DNA from: Azolla caroliniana
Taxonomy: Eukaryota; Plantae; Polypodiophyta
Assembly (NCBI GenBank): GCA_043228905.1
Contig: JBHGNT010000013.1
Span: 7,626,001 to 7,690,000 of the forward strand
Length of the DNA: 64,000 nucleotides
Direction of reading: 5' to 3'
The notes beneath the pieces are model-generated. The model did not search any database and was not told the DNA's origin. It worked only from the letters and a program-made list of their open reading frames with translations. The position numbers were made by a program, and so were the translations under genes. This document shows positions 25,119-37,788 of this stretch, piece by piece (position 1 is the stretch's first letter; the number at the start of each line of letters is the position of its first letter).

Positions 25119-25427
25119 ATCCTTGTACCAAATCCAACTTCATGTAGTGTAGATTGAAAATTGGAAGTTTCTAGGTTGCACACATTCTCGTGCATTCTCT
25201 ATTGCATGCATCCTCATGCATTCTCCATTGCATGCATCCTCATGCATACTCTATTTCTAGTTGGCTTACATAGCCCTACTTTCTTGTATAAATACTCATG
25301 TGCACCTTGATTCTAATCAAGGTGAACAACACCAGTTACAGATTCTATAAGTTGAGTCCTTGTTCTTTTCCTTTCTCTTATGTTCTAGTCTTGTCTTCTC
25401 TTTGCTCTATTATACTTGTCTGTGACA

Positions 25428-25700
25428 TCGTGGAGGATTTATGTGGCACATGCCCTAATATTAAAGTTACAATTGGGGACATGTCAGTTGATCAAAACTT
25501 CTTCATCCAAGAGAAGTCATTTTATCCAGTAATCCTAGGGCAACCGTACATCATAGCAGTATGAATGGAGAATAAAGTGATTGATAATGAAGCAGCATTT
25601 GCCAGGATTCGAAGCCAGGATGGAAAGAGGTCAGTACAATTCCTTATTGTTCCACCAAATCACGAAAGGAATCATCCACTACGAGATGTGGGGGATTTCG
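25428..25700 (+). pseudogene. Gypsy aspartic-protease C-terminal fragment
   Basis: CPNIKVTIGDMSVDQNFFIQEKSFYPVILGQPY*..RIRSQDGKRSVQF; ILGQP resembles the retropepsin C-terminal motif. Confidence 0.55.
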
Positions 25701-26299
25701 TACAGGATTTCTAGAGAGAGCCCTTACAAAAAGGGGTTGTGATGGGATGAAGAACTTTTTCGAAGTGGATCAAAATGAAGTGGCGTGAATTCGCCCACAG
25801 GTGTGCAAGTTCAGAGGGGGTGGGTGTCGTGAAGTTGATGCTTCACAATGATAAAAAAATGTCAAAAATATATATAAAGACATTTCCTATCTAGAGCTTA
25901 TGACGAGGAGCATGTAGGATTTCTCGGTTCATGAATCGGAGTTCAGAAACCCAAGATACAAGCTTCAAAAGGATTAATGCAACTCGGGACACAAATGTAA
26001 TTATGTCAAAAGGGGGAGTCGAAATTAAATAAGGGTCATTTTTGTAATCTCTCAAATGTACAACTACAAAAACGAATTTGTAGAATTTAAAAATAAAATA
26101 AACTGCCTGCAAGGACACGGTTTGTCAATCGCCTCAAGGTGCTTGGGCGGTTGACCTCCCCCCCCCCCCCCCCCCCCCTTGCTCGTCACTATTGTATTCA
26201 ACTTCTACCTCAGACAGCTTCATAAATGTGATGAAGAAGCGGTGAATGTAGGTCATGGCTTGGAAACCTTTTCTTTTCTTTTTTTCCAAAAATATTTCC

Positions 26300-29066
26300 T
26301 TCATCAGTATTAAGAAAAAATGCCATAAGGCTACAAACTGTACAATTTAGAGAGTATTATATACAAAAAGGATAATCAGGGGAAGGGCCAGGGATGATGA
26401 TACTTCCACATTGGTCCTTGAGAGCAAATCTTGAATAGAGGCAACTTCCTCCATAATTGTAGTAATTTTTTCCTTTTCTTAAGAACAACCTCCGAAGGGC
26501 CCGACATATTTTCATACTGCCCACGCACTACCGCCAGTAAGTTGTCCCATAATTCTAGCAATATATCTGAGAGAAGGGGTACTATGGAATCATATCGTCT
26601 TTTACATCGATACTTCCATAAGGTCCATAATGTAACCGTGGATACTGTTTTCCATACTTGGGCTGCACACGCATTTGCTTTCGAGGCTGCTGAAAAGGCG
26701 AGATAGATATTAGATGCCTGTTGATGATAGTCTTAGCCTCTAGAGCATCATTTGCCTCATACAATAATAGACTGGAATGGAGAACCCCCCATACCGCTGA
26801 TCCCCAGGAGAATAGGCAACCTACATTAATTGTCAGGAATAAAGAAAGAACTTTATTCCATACCTGTTGAGCTAGTGAACAAGACAAGAGAGCATGCTTG
26901 GTAGTTTCCTACAAGTCACCACAATAACTACACTGTCTAAGAACGGGTGCCACGTTTCCTTTCAAAGATTGACCTATCGGTAGTGCTGCATGTAGCAAAA
27001 GCCATCTGAAGAGAGTGTATTTTGTTGGTCCCCTAAAAGACCAAATCCATTTCCAATAAGCCTTCGAATGACTGCTTGATACACCCCACTTATTCTAGTG
27101 CTTTTGAGCCGCAGGAGTTGGAATATTCTTAGACATGAGTAAGGTTCTACCAAATTTCACAGTATACTGAAAGAACGGAACTTTTTGCATTGGATCCATC
27201 TTGGGACTAGTCTAAGACCATCCCCTTGAGTCCCACATTAGCCTATTAATTGGTTGGTGTGCATATAGCCAAAGCATATCCAACAAATGGGCTATTGACG
27301 GTTGTGGATCCAGGAGCCATTTCTTACCAGTTTTGGCATTTCTTACCAGTTTTGGCAATCACCCTAATTGGAACAGTAAGTAGGTTTTGTAGCAAATTAT
27401 CAAAGGGTGTATAAGGCTGCAATTTATTATCCTGTTGAATATGGAAATAAAAAATACACCCGTCTGTAGAAAGTCCCTTAACAAAGAGCATTATGCCATT
27501 CATTAGGCAACCAAACCACATATGCTCCTGCATTGGCTGAAGTCGCGATGAGGCCTGAGAAAAGGCTACTGAAATATCCATTGTCATTGTCTTTGCCCCA
27601 TATATCGAATGTAACTACTTAAGGCGATCCACTTATGGCATTTGCTGAAAATGAATCTAGGATCCTACTGATGTTGCTGCCCCATTATCAAGTTTTCCCC
27701 ATGCAAGACGAGGTCTAAGGCCCAATACATTTCCAATAGAATCCCGAACGAGAGAATTAGCCAAAATGGTTGATTCATCCAACCATCCCATGTGTTAGGC
27801 ATCTCCTTGTGTAGAAAAATCTTGATTGCATCCCATGCTCTGACAATCCCCAATAGAAATCTATTGGACGTTAGATTCCGTCTCAGTGTTTGAATATCTA
27901 TCAAGAACATCCATTTTAAAGAAGGCAACCAGTTTCCTCCCGTCTTGGGATATAATTGCATCAACTGATTAAGCAACATGCCCTTCCATGCTTCTATCCC
28001 TGGCAATAGTCCTCTGACTACAAACTTTATCAAGAGAGCTCGAGATTGTATCAAGGGATCTATTAGACCCAACCCTCCCTGACTTTTTGGCCTAATCAAA
28101 ACATCCCATGCCACCTTGGCCATTGCACGAGATCCATTTTTTCCACCCCAAAGGAAGTTACATATGAGGCTTTGAACTTTCATGATTGCCGACCGAGAGA
28201 ACAACCAAGCTGATGTGATAAACCACATTGAAGCCAACAACACCGAATTTGCAATGACAACGCGACCTGCAAGGGATAACTGTTGCAAGTCCCAATATAA
28301 CAACTTACGCTTAATTGATAATAGAAATGGTGATAGCATCACTCCAGATGGTAAATCTATACCAACAAGACAACCTAAGTAACGAATCGGCTCCCCATGA
28401 TTTAGCCAACGGAATGCAGGGCCTGGATACCATTGTGGACGTGGTTCATCATTGGCCCAAAGGCCTACAGATTTATTCCAATTGAGAGAGGCTCCAGTAG
28501 CATCTGAAAATATCTATAAAGCATTCTGTACCCGATCAAGATTAACAACATCTCCGCGAATATAAAGAGCAGTGTCATCCGCAAACTCTGCATCAAGAAC
28601 TGTTGAGTTCGCAATAGGTAAGGCTATTCCTTGGATGGCAGCCATCGAGGATCTAAGAAAAGCTGATAAAGCTTCCCCAAAAAAAATAAAAAGAAATGGT
28701 GCTAACAGACAACCTTGTCGAACAGATCTGGAAATTGGAAATAATGTACCATTGCCTCCAGAAAATAAAACTGAGCTAGACGCGTGTCTATATAATGCAG
28801 ACACCTCTTTTATCCATGCACTTGGAAACCCTAATCTTGATAGAACTGCCTCCAGAAAGTCCCAATCTACTTTATCATATGCTTTCTCAAAATCTAATAA
28901 TAGTATAGCAAGGGACTTTTTGTGATGTTGAGCCAGTGCAATCATCTCCCAAAAAAGGAAGATATTGTCAAAGATGCTTCTATCTTGAAGGAATCCTGAT
29001 TGTGTATCATGTATAATCGAGGGAAGCAACGGTCGCATTTTATTGGCTATAGTTTTGAACGAGTAT
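26300..29066 (-). mobile_element. 5'-truncated, decayed L1-clade LINE ORF2 (RT + zf-RVT)
   Basis: QSGFLQDRSIFDNI, LLDFEKAYDKVDW, VRQGCLLAPFLF, FADDT, LSLAGRVVIANSVL, KVAW..PKSQGGLG; A-rich tract on the minus strand near 26270-26287. Confidence 0.9.
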
Positions 29067-30372
29067 TGTCTTGGGAATCTCGGATGATCAGGGCCGACCA
29101 AGCACACAAAAAAAGTAAAAAGTAAAATAATAAAAAATAATAAAAAAAGTAAAAGAAACTCGAAAAAAGTATAAAAAAAAGTAGAAGAGAGAGAAAACTT
29201 TTTGGGGGAAATTCAAATTGTCTCTGTGGAAATCTCCTCTCTCTCTCTCTCTCTCTGGTTTTCTATTTTTATTTCTCTCTTTCCCATCCCTTTTCTATAC
29301 ATTTTCTTTTCTGTGTGTTAGAAATCTCATTCTCTCTTTCCCTCCCCCTTTCTTTCGATGGTTTTCTGTTTTTGTTTCTATTTCTCCCTACCCCTCTCTC
29401 TACGTGGTTTTCTGTTTTCTCTCTCTCTCTCTCTTTGTGCTTCCTCTCGTGATTCTGTTTCTTATGGTGCACATCCTCATCTTCCCCATCCACACTTTAA
29501 TCATCTATTTGGACAAGCAGGCCTCAATGGAGAAACATATCCATGATGCATATTCTTAGGTGTTGGTTATGATTGCCATAATTATTGGATCTGTGTCTAT
29601 TTCTATGCTGAGTTAGTTTCTATAATGCTAGAAGTATGTTGGTTAATGTCTATTACTATCTGTTTATTAATTTTAGGCCAAATGCATATTTACGTTATGC
29701 CAATGTGCTTGTAATGGCCAATGATGCTTGAATCTAAGACCTTTGGCTGAAGACCATGAAGTTTGAGTATTCTATATAAGGATATATGCAACTTTCTAGT
29801 ATCATTTTCTAGTATCATTGTTGAGAACATATATAACCGATATAAGATATCTGACTCATCGTGGAAAACTTGGAAATTCCTTATACTTGACCCCTACATC
29901 CATCAATACAAATTTGTTCACAATAAGTTACATGGTGGATGTCGAAAGCATCCTTTCAGGCTTCACATATATAACACAGACATTAATAAGACCTAAAGAT
30001 ACATATTTCATAGCTCTCCAATGAATCAATGCATGATTTAAATGTTAACAGATTGTGTGCCTGTCAAATAGATCCTTTCAGCACAAACGACCATATTATA
30101 CATATATATCTCAAATTATAATATACATGTATCTCAAACCATAAACATCACTAGATCTGAGATGCATCATTTCAAACAGTAAAACATGTCCATATTCCAC
30201 AAATCTTAAAAGCCTCATTATATAAAATCATAAATGACCGATTACACAAATCCCCAATGCATCATTGCATAAAACCATACATGACCACACAACACACATA
30301 TATTCAAAAGTGAAGATACAAAGTGAAGAAAGTTAAAGTAAATTTGCCATTAACGCATAAAACCATTACATA

Positions 30373-30575
30373 AAACTGAAGATACAATATTCGAGTTTGA
30401 GTATTTGCAGAAGTTGTAACTGAAGATACAATATGGGAGATTGTGTATTTATAGAAGTTGAAACTAAAGATACACTATTAGAGTTTGTGTATTTACAGAA
30501 GTTGAAACTGAAGATACAATATTCTAGTTTGTACTCTATTATCCAAAATTGAAACTGTCGATACAATGTTCGAGT
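30373..30575. repeat. 44-bp minisatellite, ~4.5 copies
   Basis: AACTGAAGATACAATAT..GTATTT.CAGAAGTTG at 30373, 30417, 30461, 30505 and 30552. Confidence 0.85.
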
Positions 30576-30775
30576 CAACCTCCCTAGTTGCAAAAAGGCA
30601 TCAAAATCTTCTCATGTCCATGAACCCTACAAAAGGCACCAAACAAGTTTACCATTCAACAATGTACAAAATATGAAAGCCGCAAATAAGAAACAATATG
30701 GATTTAGGAATGAGAATCAAACCTGGCAAAACTGAATTACACCAAAGTCTAAACAAATCTGTTTAAACAACAAAT

Positions 30776-31820
30776 CTATGTAGCAAGAATTCTAACTTTA
30801 GAAGCATAAATATTAGTGATAGATACTCCATCGCTATTTGTTATTGTGAACCATTGTCCTCCCTTACTATCTAGGTAATGAACATCAACAATTGTAGCAC
30901 TTGTTATGCACTCTGCCCCATCATCAATCAATATACGTTGGCCCTTCAAACCTTTCATAGCAATCGAAATGTCACCATGATTATGATTTAAAGGCAACAT
31001 GCTATCACAATTGCAATGTGATGTTTGGATTTTAGCCAATATTAGCACCAAATAATTACAATGCATACATCGAACCTTAATATGTCTCGGTAGACGAACT
31101 CGCTTTCGACATCCTTGTATGTCCCACCCATGCCTTCTTGGACCTTTATCCTTATTGATAGGAGCTACCTCGATATCTTCAAAAGGTACTACAGAGCTAA
31201 CAATGGGCCTTTTGTTACCATAGGGGTTTTCAATAACATTTTGTTGCAAACATCTAATACTCTCATTTTACGGCAAATCTTTCATCGGAGGGGAAATATC
31301 AGACCTCAATTGATGGCAAAATGCAAGCATTCTTTCCTTACAAACATTAACATCCACCTTAGACATAGAATGTGGACACTCTTCAAAGTTTCTCATTGTT
31401 TCCTTAACAAGAGAAATAGTTGCAAATATAGACTCATCATGGCCACCCTCAAAGTTGGCATTTGCATCTTGTCCACGCATTTCTAATGCACCATCAATCA
31501 AATGCAGCTCCTTTCTTGAGTCAGGCATGTGTTGTTCAATAAATAATCTAATACACATCAAGTGCTTGCATTTACATGCATAATCTAAGCAATCGCAAAA
31601 AGAAGCTTGAAAATATACATTATACCATGTATCTTCCTTTGACATATGTACTTAAAACTCTAAAATACAATCTTGTCTCATCCATTACTTGAATAGTTGT
31701 TGGACTTTGTTTCTATTCCTTGTTTCGTTCTTTTCCATGATCTAAGATCCACTATCACTCCGTCATTGGCATCTCTCAATACCTCAAGTGATATATTACG
31801 GAGGCCTAATATATCGCTAA
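30776..31820 (-). pseudogene. MULE/MuDR-type transposase C-terminal remnant with a SWIM zinc finger
   Basis: WYNVYFQASFCDCLDYACKCKHL fits the SWIM CxC..CxH pattern; the frame is broken by stops. Confidence 0.6.
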
Positions 31821-32489
31821 CCATTAATTGATAACAAACTTTATTAAATGTAAAATAACCCCTAGGCATAAATAAACGGGGGAAGGGGGAAGGGAGAGGA
31901 GGAGAAGAAGAGGAGGAGAAGAAGAGGAAGAAAAAACGAGTGAAGAAGCTCGCGTGGGTGTGGGATGCAGATCTCGCCAAAGAAGATGGTGGCCTGCATA
32001 AATCAAGACAAAATTTAAAGAAAAGAAAGGAACGAAAGGTTATGAGTTCGAATGCTCTCAAAACAATTTTGTAAGATAAATTTGGTATATATACGGAGAA
32101 AGAGAATTAAATTAATAGAGAAAACAACGAACGAACAAGGTTGAATAGAGAGGTTGTGAGTTTGAGTCTTGCCAAGTACCTTTTGGCAAATGAATATTGT
32201 AAGTGGTGTTTTACAAATAAAATTCAAATTCTTTTCGCGACAACGTAGCATCTATCTTGCCTTCTCGACTTCTTGTCATCGCACCATCCACACGATCATT
32301 CCCGAGTCACAGAACCCGGGCGGTTGCGATACGATACACAACCACAATCTTTACGACATCATCGCATGAGTGAGCAGCAGCGACGCCATCCATAGTTGTG
32401 TGCGATTTAGACGCCAAGAGAGCTGAGCTACGTGACTGCTCTGCTCTGCTCTGCTCTGCTGATACACTCTCTCTCTCTCTACCGAGAGA

Positions 32490-32690
32490 GTGTGTTGTAA
32501 CTTACCATTCTTCTTCCATGTGTCTTGTCATAGTAGTAGTAGTAGTAGGAGTAGTAGTGATTCTCTGTTGTTGTCCTTGGTTTTTCCCTTGTTTAGGGTT
32601 TCCACGTAAAATACTGTGTGTGTTTTGCGTTTTTCGCTGTTTTCTGCTTTCGCGCTGTCTATTTCCGTTCATCTATCTTTCTTATACATC
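32490..32690 (+). mobile_element. old Copia LTR remnant upstream of the PPR gene
   Basis: TGGTTTTTCCCTTGTTTAGGGTTTCCACGTAAAATACTGTG at 32578-32620 matches the U5 motif of the family A LTRs (TGGTTTTTCCCATTTAGGGTTTTCCACGTAAAACATTCTGTG). Confidence 0.55.
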
Positions 32691-32935
32691 TACTACGATC
32701 CGATCTCGTCAAGAAGAAAAAGATAGATAGATTGATTGATACATAGAAAGATATATTTCATGATCTTCTGCAGCACACCGAGATTGAATACGATCTATGA
32801 GATGGGGCTGAGCCCACGCTGAAACATCACTTGACCTGAGGACTCTCTCATTACTACCAGCAGAGGACCACAAAATGCTGACTCCTAGTAAAGGGACCCC
32901 TCACCAGAAATTTTTTGATCAGTATACAGATCCTT

Positions 32936-35374
32936 ATGGCGATGACTAAAGATTGCATCATTATAACTCCTGAACACATTCGTGCTGGAAATACATTGAT
33001 CAGCTTGCATATGAGGCGTGGTCATCTTGCTAAAGCACAAGAAGTATGTGACCAACTTGAAGCTCGTGATGTGGTATCTTGGAATGCCCTAATTGCAGGG
33101 TATAATCAAAACGGCCATGGTGAAGAAGCAGTAAGGTGTTTCGTGCAGATGCAACATGAAGGTTTGTTTCCAAACGCTGTTACATTTGCCTCTACTTTGA
33201 AAGCTTGTGGTAGCATACTTGCAGCTGACAAGGCTAAAAAAATACATGCGGAAATATCGAAGGATGGTCTTATAGGAAACAATGTTATCGTTGGCACGGC
33301 ATTAGTTGATACTTATGCTAAATGTGGGATGCTGGCGGAATCGCAACAAGTGTTTGACCAGCTCAAAATCAGGAATTCTGTTTCCTGGAACGTTCTTATT
33401 GCAGGGTATGCTCAATATGGATGTGGTGAGGAAGCAATACAGTGTTATGAGAAAATGCAGCTGGAAGGTCTATGTCCAAATGCAGTTACATTTCTATCCC
33501 TACTAAAAGCCTGCGGCAGCATACGAGCAATCGAGAAGGGTGAAGTTGTACATGCTGACATGCATTACCGAGGGTTGGTTGGAAACAATGTGATGCTTGA
33601 TACAGCACTAGTGGATATGTATGCAAAATGTGGGGCATTTGCTAAAGCAGAAGAAATGTTTCATCTGCTTCACTTTCGGAACTTATTTTGCTGGAGTGTA
33701 CTCATGGCAGGATATATTGAGCAAGGGCAGGGTGAAAACGCATTGAACTGCTTTGAACAGATGCAATGTGAGGGCATCTTTGCAGATGCAGTGACTTTCG
33801 TTTGCACCCTGAAGGCTTGTGGCATGCTAGATATTCTTCATAAAGGCAAAGCAATACATGCTGTGATTCTAATACAAGGTTTGATAGAAGACGTTTTAAT
33901 TGGCACTGGATTGCTAGACATGTATGCCAAGTGTGGTGCACTTGCAAAAGCACAATATGTTTTTGACCAGCTCCACAAGCAAAATAGGGTGTGCTGGACG
34001 GCTTTGATTGCAGCGTATACAAAACATGGACAAGGTGAAAAAGCTCTAAAGTGTTTTGAACAGATGCAAGAAAATGACTTTTCACCAGATGCAGCCACGT
34101 TTGTTTGTATCCTAAATGCTTGTGGCAGCATAAGAGCTATTGAAAAAGGTGAACAAATACATGCTGAGATCGTGAAAGGAGGATTATTAGAAAAGTGTAC
34201 TTCAGTTGGTGCGGCATTAGTGGACATGTATGCCAAATGTGGGGCTCCTGTAAAAGCAAGGGAAGTACTGGATAAGCTTCAGGTTCGGGATGTTGTCTCT
34301 TGGACTGCACTCATTGCAGGGTATGCCCGACATGGGTATGATAAGGAAGCACTAAACAGCTTTCACCAAATGCAACATGAAGGACACTCTCCCAATGTGT
34401 TAACCTATGTTTGCATCTTGAAAGCATGTGGTAACGTAGGAGCAATAAATGAGGGAAAGGAAATGCATGCTGAGATTCTTAAAGAGGGTTTTTTGCGTAC
34501 AAACATTTTGGTTGGCAATGCATTGGTGGATATGTATGCTAAGTTTGCAATACATGAGAAAGCACAAGAAGTGTTTGATCAGCTTCCAGTACGGGATGTA
34601 ATCAGCTGGAATGCACTAATTTTTGCATATGTTCATGAAGGTTCTGCTGAAGAAGCGCTAAATCGTTTCTGGGAGATGCAAGATGCAGGCATCGTGCCAG
34701 ACATAGCCACGTTCCTTTGCATCTTGAAGGCCTGTGGCAACATAGGATGTATTTATACTGGTGAAAAGATACATGTTAATATTGCCAGAGATAGGTTATT
34801 GGAAAAAGATGCATTAATTGGTACGGGCTTGGTGGATATGTATGTCAAATGTGGGTCATTGACAAAAGCGCATGAAGTATTTAATGAGCTTATGGTACGA
34901 GATGTGATCTCATGGAGTGCTTTGATAACAGGATATGCACAGTTTGGGAAAGACGAAGTGGTTGTAGATTTACTTAACAAAATGATACAGGAAGGTTTAA
35001 AACCCGATTTCCTCACATTTACTGTTGTGCTTAATGCTTTCAGTCATTCAGGACTACTGGAGAAGGGAGAACTAATTTATGAGGCTTTAATTGGAGGCTA
35101 TGGAACAATCCCTACGTTAAGGCACCACACTTGTATGGTTGATATGTTTAGTCGTGCTGGGCATTTTGATAAGGCGGTCACAGTGCTCCAGAACATGCCA
35201 ACCTCTGATTATCTTCCAGCATGGATTGCTTTGTTGAGTGGTTGCAACAAATGGAGGAATGTGAAGCTTGGTCGAGTGGCATTTGAACATGTGGTACGAC
35301 AAAATAAAAGGTATCCAGGGACATATGTCTGTATGGGAAACATGTATGCAGCTGCTGCCATGCATGAGAATTGA
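32936..35374 (+). CDS. PLS-class pentatricopeptide repeat protein (S-[PLS]x6-P2L2S2-E1-partial E2), probable organellar RNA-editing specificity factor
   Basis: 812-codon open frame with regular triplets (VVSWNALIAGY, AVTF..LKACG, VGTALVDMYAKCG) and an E domain; no DYW. An upstream exon is possible (CAG acceptor at 32929). Confidence 0.93.
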   Translation: MAMTKDCIIITPEHIRAGNTLISLHMRRGHLAKAQEVCDQLEARDVVSWNALIAGYNQNGHGEEAVRCFVQMQHEGLFPNAVTFASTLKACGSILAADKAKKIHAEISKDGLIGNNVIVGTALVDTYAKCGMLAESQQVFDQLKIRNSVSWNVLIAGYAQYGCGEEAIQCYEKMQLEGLCPNAVTFLSLLKACGSIRAIEKGEVVHADMHYRGLVGNNVMLDTALVDMYAKCGAFAKAEEMFHLLHFRNLFCWSVLMAGYIEQGQGENALNCFEQMQCEGIFADAVTFVCTLKACGMLDILHKGKAIHAVILIQGLIEDVLIGTGLLDMYAKCGALAKAQYVFDQLHKQNRVCWTALIAAYTKHGQGEKALKCFEQMQENDFSPDAATFVCILNACGSIRAIEKGEQIHAEIVKGGLLEKCTSVGAALVDMYAKCGAPVKAREVLDKLQVRDVVSWTALIAGYARHGYDKEALNSFHQMQHEGHSPNVLTYVCILKACGNVGAINEGKEMHAEILKEGFLRTNILVGNALVDMYAKFAIHEKAQEVFDQLPVRDVISWNALIFAYVHEGSAEEALNRFWEMQDAGIVPDIATFLCILKACGNIGCIYTGEKIHVNIARDRLLEKDALIGTGLVDMYVKCGSLTKAHEVFNELMVRDVISWSALITGYAQFGKDEVVVDLLNKMIQEGLKPDFLTFTVVLNAFSHSGLLEKGELIYEALIGGYGTIPTLRHHTCMVDMFSRAGHFDKAVTVLQNMPTSDYLPAWIALLSGCNKWRNVKLGRVAFEHVVRQNKRYPGTYVCMGNMYAAAAMHEN

Positions 35375-36565
35375 ACCTACGGAAGTGAAAATATAACCAT
35401 GCTACTTTTTGGAGCTGTGCGAAAAAAATGCACCCAAATGCAAATATACGTGATCACAAAGTGTGTCACGGCAGTAGCCATGGATGTTGACCCAGGAGGA
35501 AGCTCTGTATTTGATATGATGGGGCCAGATTTAGGTGCATCTCAAGCCCTGCCAAGAACTCAGATCTAGTGTCATTTCATATGCATTGTTGTGAAAAGAG
35601 ACACATGGTTGGAAGGAAAAACTTAGCAAAGAGAATTTGTCACCAATCTATTTCACATGGCAGGAAGGAAAAATATAGTAAAGAGAATTTGTCACCCATC
35701 TAGTTCTTAGAAGAGTCTTTGTTTCTGTGGATCCTCACTTTGCAAAGAGACCCTAGGATGGTAATGTAGGTACAATGTGAGATAACTTCTGAAAGTATTA
35801 GACATCCTATGTTGAATCGCCTACTGTTGGATACTACCTTGATTGCAGGAAATCTTTTCATCAGTTGATAGGTTGAAATGTACAGTTACTCATATAATTT
35901 TGGTGGTATGAAATATATCCAGATTGAGATTTAAGGAAGATGGAGCAGTTGTACTGGTTATAAGGGACATCATCAATTGGGTAGTCAGTTCTACTATGCC
36001 AGAGTACTTGTATAATATATGGTGGACACTGGACAATGGCACATGTCAATGATTGATAGTTGTTATGCCATATTATCATTGTTGTAATCATTGGCATAGG
36101 AGCAATGATTTGTATATAAAATGTGTGAGAATATTGAATAGAATAGATTTTTTATCCTCCATGAGCAGGCCAATTTTGATTGCTACTTTGTAGTAAAACT
36201 CTGTATGTGAAAATAATGCACCCATAATGTGCTCATCCTTATTGGTGGGATTTGTTTCTGGCGCTTAATTATCATGCATGTCTAATAAGCAGCATACTTC
36301 CCACAAATTAATTTATACATTGATAATGAGAGAAGTGGTATTCATCTACCGCCAAGTTTTCATGGCATACCGTGTATGTACATATTCATACTATGGTAAT
36401 GATACCTCCACACCTAGCTTGCTTGGGTGAGGCTATATCCCATACCAATCATAGTACCTCTAGTTATAACTTGGTTCTTGGATACTTGTTTGAATGTCAT
36501 GATGTAGCATGTTAAGGAAAATGTTAAGAAAACGGAAATAAAGGACATCAAAATCAAACCAATAA

Positions 36566-36640
36566 TTGAAGGTAGCTCAAATGGCAAGAACTAACCACAT
36601 GGATAATAAGGTTTATGGGTTCGAACCCAACTAGGCGCAA
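36566..36640 (+). other. tRNA-like (A/B box) module, possibly inside a decayed LTR (~36496-37068)
   Basis: TAGCTCAAATGG at 36573; GGTTCGAACCC at 36618. Confidence 0.55.
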
Positions 36641-37788
36641 TAAAGGGGAAAAAAATAAATTATGATATGCATACATGAAGACAATGAAGTGATCGATAGA
36701 TATGATAATCTTAACAAACATTGTGCTAGGATTCGGCACAAGCATGGATAAGATCACGTGTGGAATAAAAGAGGCCCCAATGTTTAAGGAGTGTAAACAA
36801 GTACGCATCGATCAAGACGAAAAATACATTGATTAGTAATCAAGAGATTAAGCTAACTCATTTAGAATGTTTCTAGATAGAAGCCAAGGGTTTGAGTTGG
36901 AGTTCGAGGTGCCATTGACATTGATAGTGGTAGAAATGTCGAGGACAACACTACACTCAAACCTTCACCGGAAAATTGACAACAACCCCCTCCACTTGGG
37001 TTCTTAGTTAATCATAGTTAACTTGTAAAAAGCACCGTATTCGACGCACAGATCACAAATTTTACAACACAATTTTGGATGTTATTTGTCCATAGACTAT
37101 GTGGTCAATATGATGATCTGCAGGGTTCGGCTAATGTTCTTTGGCGACGGCAAGTGGCCTTTAAGAACCAATGGCAAGGACTTTACTTATTTTCTGATAC
37201 AACTTCTGGGCTGAAGTGGAATTATGCCATACCTTTTTTATGTTGCACAACTGATATTTATTGTTCTACTTGTTTCATATATGACATCACCTGTTGATCA
37301 GATGCTTATACTAGCCTTTGTATCACAATAGAAGTGAGATGAAATGTCTCCTTCTGTTTTCTCTATGTATAGTTGTCAAGTAATATACTAAGGTGCATCT
37401 TTCTTTGAAAATAAAATTAAAAATAAAAAATTTTTACAGCATAAATTTGGTGCATCGAGATGTCGTTGCCATCGATAATGGTCGATGTCTTGAGGACACC
37501 ACTAAACCTTCACCGAAAAATCAACAACCTCCTTTTTCATTTAGGCCTTTGTTTAATCTTAGTTATTTTGTAAAACCAACGTATCTGTGGTAAATATTTG
37601 GTGATCCTTAGTCTTATTGGTAAAAGACTAATTCTAGCCTAATCAAGTGATTTTGGGGTCTAAATCTTGAGTTGTTACCATTAATTGAGTGTCTTTAGCT
37701 CTAAGCACATGCGATTAACACTAAATATGCGTTAATAACCACATACACCACCATCATGTGACAGAGGGAGAGAGTGTAATGTTGTGTC

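Larger units (their letters stand above)
15655..25427 (+). mobile_element. 3' end of a Tf2/chromovirus-like Gypsy: integrase C-terminus, PPT, and a 3' LTR (16003-16029 + 25049-25427) split by the Copia 16030-25048
   Basis: KLDYRKLGPFRILEPVNPVTFRLAL..HNVFHISLLEPY; purine tract before 16003; LTR termini TGTCATAGAC..GTCTGTGACA. Confidence 0.75.

Noticed and set aside
26157-26178. Long poly-C run as a G-quadruplex element
   Set aside because: Isolated homopolymer with no supporting context; length is unreliable in assemblies.
35375-35700. Cryptic DYW domain after the PPR stop
   Set aside because: No PG box, HxE or CxxC motifs seen in the downstream sequence.
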